DNA of 64,000 bases. Source: Azolla caroliniana (Eukaryota > Plantae > Polypodiophyta). The stretch covers positions 806,001-870,000 of the forward strand of contig JBHGNT010000011.1 of assembly GCA_043228905.1 (NCBI GenBank), read 5' to 3'. Position numbers and translations under genes: made by a program. Under the pieces are notes generated by a model. That model was given only the letters and a program-made list of their open reading frames with translations. It had not been told where the DNA came from and ran no database searches. Numbering within the stretch: the stretch's first letter is position 1; each line of letters opens with the position of its first letter. This document shows positions 10,019-21,191 of the stretch, one piece after another.

Positions 10019-13000
10019 TTACACATCCGTAGGTCCCTTCGGACCCTTACCGTTTTCCTTACGGGTTGCCGTGTCATCCTTCGCCTCTGCTACGGGTTCC
10101 CCGTCGTCTTTTTCTTCCATCCGTACCGTTCCCGGTATAGTGCCGATGAGCTGCATAAACGGGTTCTTTGGCATCGGTCCTTTATAGGGCTTTAGTCTAA
10201 ATCCGTTTACCCACTTGCCTAGTACTTCACCGGCAAGTGTCCCTAACTGATAGGACCCGTTGTATTCCCGTGTCAGCCAATACGGGCCTGTCCATCTGAA
10301 CCGGAGTTTACCCGGCATCTTGCCCATCCTCGTTTGGAATACTAGCACCGGCTTTCCAATTTCGAACATCTTCTCATTACCTTTCCGGTGACGGTCAACG
10401 AACGCTTTCCGTCGTCGTTGCTCCAGTTCCATGTGTAGGATGCTGGCTAGCCGTTGCTCCTCCAGTTCGCATAGTGCTGCTAGCCGCATTTCCTCCGACT
10501 TCTTTTCATTCAGCCGTTCCCGTAGTTGGATCCGTAAGCTTGGTACCTGAAATTCCACCGGCATGACCGCTTCTAAGCCGAATGCTAACCGGAACGGCGT
10601 TGTCCGGATTCTTGTTTTGTATGCCGTTCAGTACGCCCATAGCGCGCTATGGAGCTTTGTATCCCAGTCCGTCCGGTTTTCATTGACGATTTTGCGGAGA
10701 ATGTTCTGCAGCGTTTTGTTGGTGGACTCTGCTAACCCGTTCGCTTGTGGGTAGTACGGTGTGCTCCGTTTATGGACCACGGCATAGAACGTTGTTAAGC
10801 TTTCCACTACCTGGCCGAGGAAGTGCCCTCCTTGGTCGCTGATTAATTCAATCGGACATCCATATCGGTACCAAATGTTCTCGTACAGGAATTTTGCTGT
10901 GGATGACGCGGTATTGTCTCTCAAGGCCTTAGCCTCCACCCATTTAGTGCAATAATCTGTTGCCACGATGACATAACGATTACCCGTTCTCATTGTCGGT
11001 GGTTTGAACGGTCCGACAAAATCCAACCCCCACTTCTGGAATGGCTCTAGTGGAAGTACTGGTTGGTGTGGCATCCGTGCTTGCTCCGTAGGCTGGCCCA
11101 TTCGTTGGCATAGGTCACATTCCTTAGCGTACTTGACGGCGTCTTTTAACGTCGTCGGCCACCATAAGCCGCTCTGCCATACTTTCCTTGCCGTTGCTTC
11201 CCCGGCATAGTGTCCTCCGGCAACCCCACAGTGTGCTTCCCGTAAGATTACTTCTTTCTCGTCACTACGGACTGCCCGTCTCCATATTCCATCTGCTCCT
11301 TTGTGGTAGAGAGTGTCCCGTAACAGACAGAAATTGCGGCTCTGCACCGCCAGTCGTTTCCTCTCGTCCCGGTTCATTTCCTCCGGTGGCAGGCCCGTGC
11401 TTAGGAACTGGTGCATGTTTGTCAGCCACCTATCTTCTGATGCCACCGTGTCGTCCGCTGCCGTTTCCGGGGTGATACAGAATAACTCTGCGTCCGGGAA
11501 TTCATCCGCTACTCCGTCGCCTGGTTCTCCGGACTCTAACCGGCTCAGATAGTCTGCTACAGCATGCTGGATACCGGGTCGGTGGAAAATCTCGAATTCG
11601 AACTCCTGCAACAGCAAGGTCCAACGGGCCAACTTACCGGTCAGGGACGCCTTGGATACTAAGTACAGGAGCGCCGAGTGATCCACATGAAAGGAGAACT
11701 TCCTTCCCAATAGGTAATGACGAAACTTTGTTACACTGTAAATCATGCCCAGGGCCTCCCGTTCCGTCGTTGAATAGTTCTTCTCCGCTTGGGACAGCTT
11801 CCGGCTGGCGTAATATACCGGCCGGTACCATTTAGGCTCCGTAAGTTGCATTAAGGCGCTGCCAATAGCGATGTCGGAAGCGTCCAGGAACACATGAAAC
11901 TCCTTGCTCCAATCCGGAGGCTGCACGACGGGTGCTTGCGACAAAAGAACCTTCAGGGCATTGTATGCCTTATCCTCCGTATCCGTCCATTGGAACGGTG
12001 TCCGATGTACCGCGGTGTGTAATGGTGTAGCCAAATCAGCCAAGTGACGGAGCATCCGGCTGTGCCACCGGATCTGTCCTAAGAATCGGCTTAGTGCTTT
12101 GGCCGTTTTCGGCGCCGGTGCCCCTAGTATCGCATTTACTTTGTCCGGGTCGACCGCAATGCCCTCCTTACTTACAATGTGTCCCAGTAATATTCCACTT
12201 GAAACCCCAAAGATGCATTTTGCTGGATTTAAGCTTAGCCGGTATAACCTACACTTTTCAAGGCATAACCGTAGGTGCTGCAAATGGTCTTTTCCCCGGC
12301 TATAGACTGCAAAATCATCCAGGAACACCTGCATGAAGGCAGGAATGTATTCGCCGAAGATCTCCATGATGATTCGCTGGAAAGTTGTTGGTGCCGTTTT
12401 TAGGCCGAACATCATTACTTCGGCCACAAACACCCCCCATTCGGTGATGAACGTTGTCTTCTCCTGGTCGTCAGGGTGCATCCGGATTTGATTGTATCCG
12501 CTGAACCCGTCTAAAAAGCTATACACTTCATGCCCGGCGACGGCATCCAGTACTCCATCCGTAAACGGAAGAGGGAATGCATCCGTAATTGTGGCTGCAT
12601 TTAGTTTCCTGTAATCTACACACACGCGGATTTTACCGTTCTTCTTTGGGACGACGACGATGGGGCTCAGCCACGTCGCTTTCTTCACCGGCCGGATGAA
12701 GCCCACTCTTAGGAGTTTGTCGATTTCCTCCTTCACTTTGGCGGCGTAGTTGGGGTTCATTCGGTAACGTCTTTGCGCCACTGGTTTCTCGTCCTTGCCT
12801 AAGTGGATCTGATGCTGATATAATTGAGGGTCCAGCCCTCGCATGTCTTCATATGACCAGGCGAATACGTCGCGAAACTCCGTGAGAAGTTTGATCATTG
12901 CCGCTTTATCTTCCGGCTTCATTTCTTTGGCGATGTGAACCGGCTTTGATTCGTCCTTGCTTCCTAGGTTCACTTCGTCGAGCTGGGATGTTTTTACCCG

Positions 13001-15841
13001 TTGGGAAACGGCCATTTCCCGTTCCAACGCTTCCTGTGCTTGCCGTAATTCCCGAATCGCATCTTTGTCTGGTTCGGCTTCGGTTTCATCCCGCTGCGGC
13101 AAGTATGGCGCTACGGCTTCAGCCACGTCAATCTCGAAGAGTGGTACGATCTTTGGGTGTTCCTCCAAGTACTGGGCTTCTTCGTCGTCTGCCAACCCTT
13201 CGAGCATGTTCACGCATTCCTCATACAGCGGTGTGCATTCCTTACCGTTGCTCGTCCGTGGTTGTGTCGGTACCCGGACCTTGGCTTTTCCGCGCCGGAA
13301 GGTAATCATATTTTTCCGCCAATTTTGCTTGATGTGTGCTGTTTTCAACCATGGTCTGCCCAGCAACAGTGGGTACGCGCCTTGCGCCTGTAGCTGCAGC
13401 ACTACAGCCGAGATGTGAAATGTGTGACCTCCTATGGTGACTTCCAATTTCCGTATTAAGCCCGTCGGCCGTACAGAGCTCGCATCCGCCATCCGTAGCC
13501 AGAACGGGCATGGCTCCCATTCATGTATACCCAAGGCATCACACGTGCGGAGGCTTATTACGTTCACCCCGGAACCTCCATCGATTACGGTGCCGGGAAG
13601 TTCGTGCCCTTTGACAATAGCTGTAATCACCGGACTACTAGTGTCTACCACCGACGGTCCCTCCTCCGGATTCGAGAAAAGGACTGGTGCCGGTGGGGCT
13701 ATACCGTCTGTCATGACCGTTTTTAGCCCTTCCGTAAATCGCGGCACGAGCTGTAAGAGTCTTCCTAATGGCAACGTGATCTGACATTCTTGCAGTGCTT
13801 GCCATGTCTCGTTTTCTGGGTGGCTACCGCCGGCACTCCCTATGGTATTTGCCTTTTGCCGTTCCGCGTCCGCGACGTTCCTTTCATTGGCTTCCTTCAC
13901 CCATTCCGTCGCCTGCTTCCGTATGGCCTCTTGTGTTTCCCACTCTTTGGCCATGCCTTTCGACCGTGTGGTTACTTGCTGTATATCCGGCACTTCCGGA
14001 ACCACCATATTGACTGTCGGTCGTTTATCGTAGCTCTTTGCCGGGCACTGGTTATTGTAGTGGCCTTCCTGCCTGCAGTAATAGCAGTACTCTTTACGGG
14101 TATTGCTGGATTCAGCTTTGCTGGTATCTGGAGTCGGTCCCGTAGTGAGTGGTGTGTTCTGTGTCGGTTGGCTCCTTGGGGTTCCCTGTTCCGGGTCCCT
14201 AGTGTGACCACCTTTCTTGAAATTACGTTTCTTATTATTCTTTTTATTTCGGTAGTCCGGTCGTGGTGGATCGTAAAATCGTCCGTAGTCCTCCTGGTGC
14301 CTTCGGTAACCAGGGGAATGGTCTCTGTCGTATTGCTCGTGTCGTCTGTTGGGCTCCCGATAACGGTCCGATCGCTCATACCGGTCGTAGTTATCACGCC
14401 GATTCTCGTACCGGCCATCATTCTCTTGTCTGTCTCCGTACCGGACATCCTGTGCTGGTTGGTACCGGTTCATTCTTTGCCATCGATCGTCATCTTCGTC
14501 TCGGCTGCTTCTTGGCTCGATCCGTCGGACGGGTGGTGCTTGTCGGTTTAACAAGTTATACTCGCACCGGTCCGTTGTATGACTCTTGGATTGACAAATC
14601 ACACACTGGGTTCGCATGGTGCACTCCACTGCCGAGTGTCCGGCATTCAAGCAGATTGTGCATTGAATTGCCTGCCGGAACCGGAGATCTTCCTCGGTGG
14701 GTAACGCCCGTTGCAGCGTTCCCAGCGTAAGCCATGAGCTTGACTTTTCCATTTCTCTGACCCGGTCAATGACCTGGTCGATGGTGCATCCTCGAAAGTC
14801 GATCACCGTACACACCGTGCGTAAGGGTTCCCGGAGTGCGTTTAAAAATATCGTCCGTAATTCCTCCTCCGGGGGTGCACGGGCAAGCTGGCTATGCATT
14901 CGTTGGAAACGGATGACGAATTGGGGAATGCTTTCCCTTGCCTCCTGTCGGATCGTATAAAACAGGCCCACCATTGTCGTCTGGTCGACCTCCTTGTGGA
15001 AAAAATGCAAGAATTTTGCTTTTAATTCTGCAAAGGTTGTGATGGTCGCCGGGTCCTGCGTCCGCCGCCATCGTGTCGCTGGTCCCTCCAACGTGACTCC
15101 GAATTCCGCTATCTTCGAGCGTTCTTCTTCCTCCGGTGTCATTCGCTGGGACGTGTGATTTGCTTCCCATGTCTGCTCGAAGTCATGAACATGCGCTTCC
15201 GCGTCCGGATCATCGCGATACTTTGAGTATTGGAACGGCATGTCGTCGTCCAGTATTAGGCCGCGGTTTAGTGGCATTTGTTGATATCTTTCCGGTTTTC
15301 TCTCCGGTTCCACTTCTGGTTCTTTTGCCGGTGCTTTTTCCGGTTCCTTTTCCGGCTCTTCTTCCGGTACTTTTGCCGGCTCTTTCGTTGGTGTCGGTGG
15401 CTTTGCTTCTTCCACTTCCGGTGTTGGTGGTTCCGGATAGCCCTGGTTGAGTGGTTCCGGTTCTGGAGTCGGTACGGTATCCGACCCGTCGTCCTCCGGG
15501 CCGCCGGGGGTATCGTTGCTGCTCCGGTAGTTCGTGTGCACGCTGTATCCCCCTTCGGAATCCGATTCGTAGGCTGAAAAGGCTTCTGCCTCGTTTTCTC
15601 CGCTTGCCAGTGCCTCGAGGAGGCGTTCGGTTTCCCGGAGACTACTTAGACTGCTTCCGTCGTCCTGGTCGCGAGTTTGCCGTAACCGAAGAGATTCCTC
15701 CGCGACTCTTCGGATCTCGTTGGAGAACGAACGATCCGAGCGAATTTCCTGCGCTGCTTGCTGGAAAGTCTCACGCCGTCTTTGCCGTTCGGCGAGGCGT
15801 CTAGCTCGGTCTGTAACCAGGTCGTGCGTTGGTCTCGTCAT
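10019..15841 (-). CDS. Gag-Pol polyprotein (~1940 codons) interrupted by one in-frame TGA at 10628-10630
   Basis: Three CCHC knuckles (CTICLNAGHSAVEC, CVICQSKSHTTDRC, CYYCRQEGHYNNQC), protease VIDGGSGVN, RT FLDGFSGYNQI/VFLDD, RNase H FLDASDIAIG, integrase HCGVAGGH...CDLC, WGLDF, SDQG, NGLAE. ORFs 10628..15841 and 10019..10564 are in the same frame (LWAY*TAYKT...). Confidence 0.95.
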
Positions 15842-15877
15842 CCATTAAGCCGTCGTTCGCTGCGAGAAAGCAGGAAT

Positions 15878-15888
15878 CGTGGTCGCCA
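15878..15888 (-). other. Primer-binding site TGGCGACCACG (tRNA-Arg-like)
   Basis: Starts with TGG 6 nt inside the 5' LTR; complementary to the ...GTGGTCG-CCA end of tRNA-Arg(TCG) as recalled from plant tRNAs. Confidence 0.7.
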
Positions 15889-15894
15889 AAACTG

Positions 15895-16312
15895 TGTTAT
15901 TCGCTGGCCGGACAAGGCCTAACACAAGGTGTCACGGAGACACTTCACCAAAGGGTGATTACGGCATAGGATTAAGATTCAACGATTACACCGACTTAAG
16001 CAGGTTACACGATTAGAGTGCTTTGGTTAATTACACGCGTAAGATATAACAGTAATTACAGAACGGAAATCAAGACAGAAGTATAAACATCATAAGCTCT
16101 ATTAATTATCCGCTGCCATTACAATGGGGTTCAGGCCTTTAAATAGGTTTCCGGCCCGTAGTACAAAACGGTGCCTCTCGCACCTATTCGGGATCCGTCC
16201 GGATCTGGAACGGCATACCGTTTCCAGTCCGTCCGTCCACACTATGCTTATTACAACCATACTTAATTAATTCCTTCACTCCGTATTTTGGACTCCTTGT
16301 CGGCCGGTAACA
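15895..16312 (-). repeat. 5' LTR of the gypsy element
   Basis: Direct repeat of 6514-6931; followed on - strand by a PBS-like site and the gag ATG at 15841. Confidence 0.96.
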
Positions 16313-16317
16313 CACTT

Positions 16318-19300
16318 CTTTATGTGTGATGACGTGAACAATGAATTGTGTGTGTGAATGATGAGATCAATGAGAGGCATGAGATGGTTGGAAGTTTTAT
16401 GAATATTGGGGACGGATTCCTTGTGAAGGTAAGACTGATACATAGGGTAGGTGGGCGTGAATGATGAGAGTGATGAGTAGCATGATATGGTTGGAAGTTT
16501 TTTCAATATCACACTCAAAATAAAATCAAGGCTTATCAGGGCTTGATACTCCGTGTAAGATTGGTACACAAGGTAGGTCCGTTGTAGGAGTCTGTTATGT
16601 ACACATAACGTAGGTAGGTCACTAATATTTACATAAGTGAATGGTATATTCACTAATGTTATAAACGAACTAATGTGATAGGTGCATGCACTATCATGAC
16701 CTTGACAACCAATGAATGAAGAGTCTTTTTAGAAAGGCACATCTATTCAAGGAGCCTAGGAAGAGGTATAAATATGAGGCTTAGCTACTCTCATAAGCAC
16801 ATTACGTTGGAAGGTTGTTGCCTTAGACACCGGTGGTGCGTGCTAGGCTTTCATCACAATCATCGTGTTAATATCTTCCAAGGTATTAGTCATCCTAATA
16901 TCCATTGGTATGAGATGTTAGTAGTAGTTGGCTATGTTTGGATCATAGCTCCGGGGTGGTAAGGTGGAACGTGTTCTTCTATCCAATCTATTCACCTTGT
17001 TTTTACTTTATTTTGGTATATTGATTAGTAATAGACTCGTAATAGAGTGTGAGAGATCAAGGATGCAATAAGATCCAAGTAGCTTGAGTAAACAAAATGA
17101 TCAATTAAGTGGCTCTTATGATCCTCATGGTCTTACCTTGCTTAGTATAATTCCTTTTGTTACACAAACTCTATAGCATGCATGAGTTTTGTGTGAGTAT
17201 TAGGATAAAAATGAAATAGTAGTTATAAGCAACATACACACATGAAAACTTGCATTACCATTACAAGAGGGGCAAATAACAACCTCCCTTTCAATTGCCT
17301 ATACTTTTTGGTTAGTACCACCACATTATTTGTGAGTGGAGCCACATAGGTGGTTGTTTGTTCATTAAACTTCGATGCATCATGGTGCTCCAATTAGGAG
17401 TGTGTTGCCACTTTGGCCGCCACCATGAGGAGATGAGTTATCTCATCACCTAGATTTTGACAAGTGGGGATTGTGGTTGAGTTGGAGGGCGAGATAATGG
17501 TGACCTCCCCACAATAGGGATAGAGTATGTGGTTATAATGTGTTTTGTATCAGATGTGGATTGGTCTCTAGGCAATCACCAAGGGGTTGTGCCACCAACT
17601 CTGTGGGGGTAACCACGAGGATGGATTGTTTAGGTGTTATGACAACATTTGGATCGATTGTGAGAGGGGATATTTCAATCATGGTGGCCTAGTGTTGATC
17701 AAGGGGGACATGGAGGGAACGTTACACATGTGAGTGAGCTACTACTTTGTAGGTTGCTCAACACCCCCATGGATAAAACATGATGAAAACCATAAGCATT
17801 TGTCATGGCATATCTCCTTGGTTCGGGGGCGAAATAGAATTTCTACAACATGGAGCAACCCTTTGAGCTATTTTGCATCAAAGAAGAGTCCAACATGTTC
17901 TAGCTTGTTGCCATCTAACACAAGAAAGAAAGGGTTCCCAAGGAAGGAGATGAAAGAGCTAACTACAATTAAAAGCTAGGCCTAACTCAAAGACATGGTG
18001 GCCATGCTTGTGGTTGCACATTGTGCAATTAATGACTCACATTAATTGCATCAATTCTATCTTAGTTTAATCAACACCAAAAACATCAAATGTGTTGCTC
18101 AATGCACAACTCTTTTGATGACATGTACAAATCCTTCACTCACATTTGCCTTCGAAGTAGCATTAGTAATATTTCCGAATTGAATTGGATCCGATTACAT
18201 AAAAAGAACTCCTAGACAATCTTATTTGGAGCAATCTTTTAAACTAGCTTTCTTAAAACAATAGATTCCATTCAAGTGCATAACGTCATCATATTTGTCA
18301 TATTGATCCCTTTGTATGGATGAGATTTTAGGTAACGTTATTATTTTAGGTAATGGTGTTGGATGCAACACATGACTCAAAAGATTGTATTATGTCATAT
18401 TATGATAGGCTTCGCATTACATGGTTAATTGCATGAACCTAAAGATTCAATGGTACCCACACATTCTTGAGGGAAAATGATTTGACATGTCTCCTAGCTT
18501 TGTGAGGAACTAAGGATGGAGTGACAAGATTCTAAAATGTCAACACATCCTTGAATTTTGGCATGATGAGTCTATAATTGAGGACATGTTACCTTAGTTG
18601 TCATAGAACTCCAACTTACCCTTGTGATTTGTTGCCCCTTGAATTCAAATGTGGTCAAAGCCTAGACATTTGATTCCCAAATTTGCGAGCCTGACAACAT
18701 GGAATGTTAGATTGCAAATATTAACCTTCAACAGTAGCCCCAATACAAGGTAAAAATGCTAGAGCACATCAAAGTGAATCTTACTACCCTCATCAACCTT
18801 AGTCCTTCAAGAGTCTTGACCACTTCTTCAAACTAGCTCGCAGAAGATAGGAGTTGAGATCACATCGTGGCATCATCACCCGAGTATGAAGATATATCCT
18901 ATTCAAGGTATGCAATGAAAACTCGATAGAGGATAGAGGATGAATACCACTAACTTTCATGCTTAGCATATAAGGTAATTTACAAGAAGTATAATGACTT
19001 GTTAGACAATGTCACATAAACACATGTGGGTGTGCTACTCAAGTGGGACCATGGGGGTCTTGGACTAGGGAGGACACGAAGATTAGGAAGACATGAATGT
19101 AGGAGACTCAAACACTCTTGAGGGCTCTAAGGCTAGGACACAAATATAAGAGACTTGAACTTAGCGAAGGATTCGAAGGTATCAAAGGAGTCAAAGGTTG
19201 CCAAAGACTCAACGGTAGATGATGTTGACAATGACGCAAACGTAGACAATGATGATCTCGTAGTTAATAGCTAATGAACGAGATTAGCGCATGATTAATG

Positions 19301-20300
19301 ATAAACACCAAGTTTAAATGCCCAAATCACACTACCAGACAATAGAGTTTTGTTACATATGCCGAATCAACTTTACCAAAAAAAACGCCATGAATGCAGT
19401 TACTTTAGTTATTTATTTATTTATGAAGATTCACCTTGATATTAATGGAAAGATGCCTAAAGGCTACAAAGAACTCATACATGAAAACACAACCACCATA
19501 CCCACATCAACCAACATGTCGAATAGCAAAGGCCCTCATGTAGCTACGTAAGAAATTGTATTTACACATCTAAAATAGGGATCCTTCCATAATGGGGAGC
19601 GGAAAAAGCCACCTTGGTGGAGCATATCTCTATTTTATTCTCTCCCCCAAAGAGGTGAAGAACTCTACCTACAAACACAACATTTTTCTAAAATTTTGTT
19701 GCTTACGAAACACAACATCAGGCTCTCCAGTTATTGCATCATATTGACTTGTTAGAGTATGTCGAATGAGGTTGCTTTTATAAGGTTAAGAAAGTAAACA
19801 AAGTTCAAAATGGGGAATGATGGTGACGACTTGGAGCTTCTAGTGAGGGTGAGTTGAGTGGACCGTCGAGTTTGCCACTACTACCGACGACTATGGTGCC
19901 TCGATGTCGGAACAATGTCCTCGGGTTGCTCCCTACTCCCTTCGAATGACTGGTAAGCAAACTAGCCAAACCTTCTCACAAAATCGTCCATGTGTAACCA
20001 ACTTGGTGATGATGAGGATCACAATGACCACCTAAGTAGAAGAAGGGGTAGCCAAGAAGAAGTGAAGACAACGATATACCTCCACGCGAAAATTTGAGGT
20101 CGAGCTCCAAAATGGCGAAAAAGAAAAGTCGAAAATGGAGAGCTCTTCTTTCTCCTCAAGCTAACTCCAAAATCACAAAACCTTAAGAAGAAAAATCTAG
20201 GAAGACAAAAAAATCGACAAAGAAACAAATGAGACCTCTTCCCCTCCTTTTATAGGGAGAGAGGCACCTCATTTGTATTAAATGCAAATCTTCCTCTTTT
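16318..20300. mobile_element. Heavily decayed retroelement-derived sequence flanking the young gypsy insertion
   Basis: No long ORFs; the LTR-like block TATAAATATGAGGC(C/T)TAGCTAC(C/T)CTCAT occurs at ~16768 and ~4592. Boundaries uncertain. Confidence 0.4.
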
Positions 20301-21191
20301 TCTTCGAAAAAGAAAAGGAAAATAAATACTCAATTCACACCATGCTATCAAAGATTCAAACTTTGTGCTTAACAATTGTAACCAATAACTCTAACCACTA
20401 GACCATCCACTTTTAGCTATTACATTCACATATATAAATTGTCGATACTCTACTTTCTCACGTTATCCACCCTAATTTCTCATATTTTCAACCTTCACGC
20501 ACACCACATCTCAACTATGCCCAATGTCATATTGATCGCCACCAAGAAGGGTGAGCACATATGTGAGTGCATTATTTTCACACATAAAGTTTCTACCATT
20601 AAGTAATGACCTCCTCCTTAGGAGGGAATTGCATACAAGTTGATATGCTTATTTGATCCCATAAGTAAAAATTAGTCTTCTCATGAATAATAAAAAATAT
20701 ATTCTATTCTACATATGGTTGACCAAGTATTTACTCAATAGCATTGGAACTAAGATAAATTCATTCAATGTTGTAGATATAGCAAACAATTACAATTCAT
20801 GTCTTAGATAAACCAAAGATTAGTGTTATCAATATAAGTAATAGATACATGCTTCTCAAAGATTAAGGTATTATTATAAGCATATTTCTGAAAATTTCCC
20901 TAGTTCTGAAATTTCTTGTCCCCTACTAGAAGCCCAATACATGCTATATGCCCATGGCAACCTTAGACAAGCAGTCTTGGACATTATAATGTGTACAAAA
21001 GTTAAATCGAAGTAGCAAGTAAAAGGAGCAATAAGCGTCAGGGGCCAGGGTGTTAGGCGAAGTATGTGAACATCGCAAAAAGAACTAAAGAGAGTTCCCC
21101 GAAAGATCCCTAACACCCCGAAAAACATCCATTCATAATCTCTCACACGAGTATATTGGTCGCAATATTCTATATAAATATCAGAGAAACA

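Larger units (their letters stand above)
6514..16312 (-). mobile_element. Full-length Ty3/gypsy LTR retrotransposon (non-chromovirus, Athila/Tat-side lineage)
   Basis: Two 418-bp direct LTRs with TGTTA...TAACA ends; CACTT TSD at 6509-6513 and 16313-16317; domain order gag-PR-RT-RH-INT; no chromodomain seen. Confidence 0.97.

Noticed and set aside
10565-10630. Possible programmed frameshift between the two pol ORFs
   Set aside because: Both ORFs are in the same frame; a single nonsense codon explains the break.
7341-15804. Many medium-length + strand ORFs inside the retrotransposon
   Set aside because: Antisense shadows of GC-rich gag-pol and the extra ORF; no recognisable domains. They do not support a + strand orientation despite the + strand PBS-like site.
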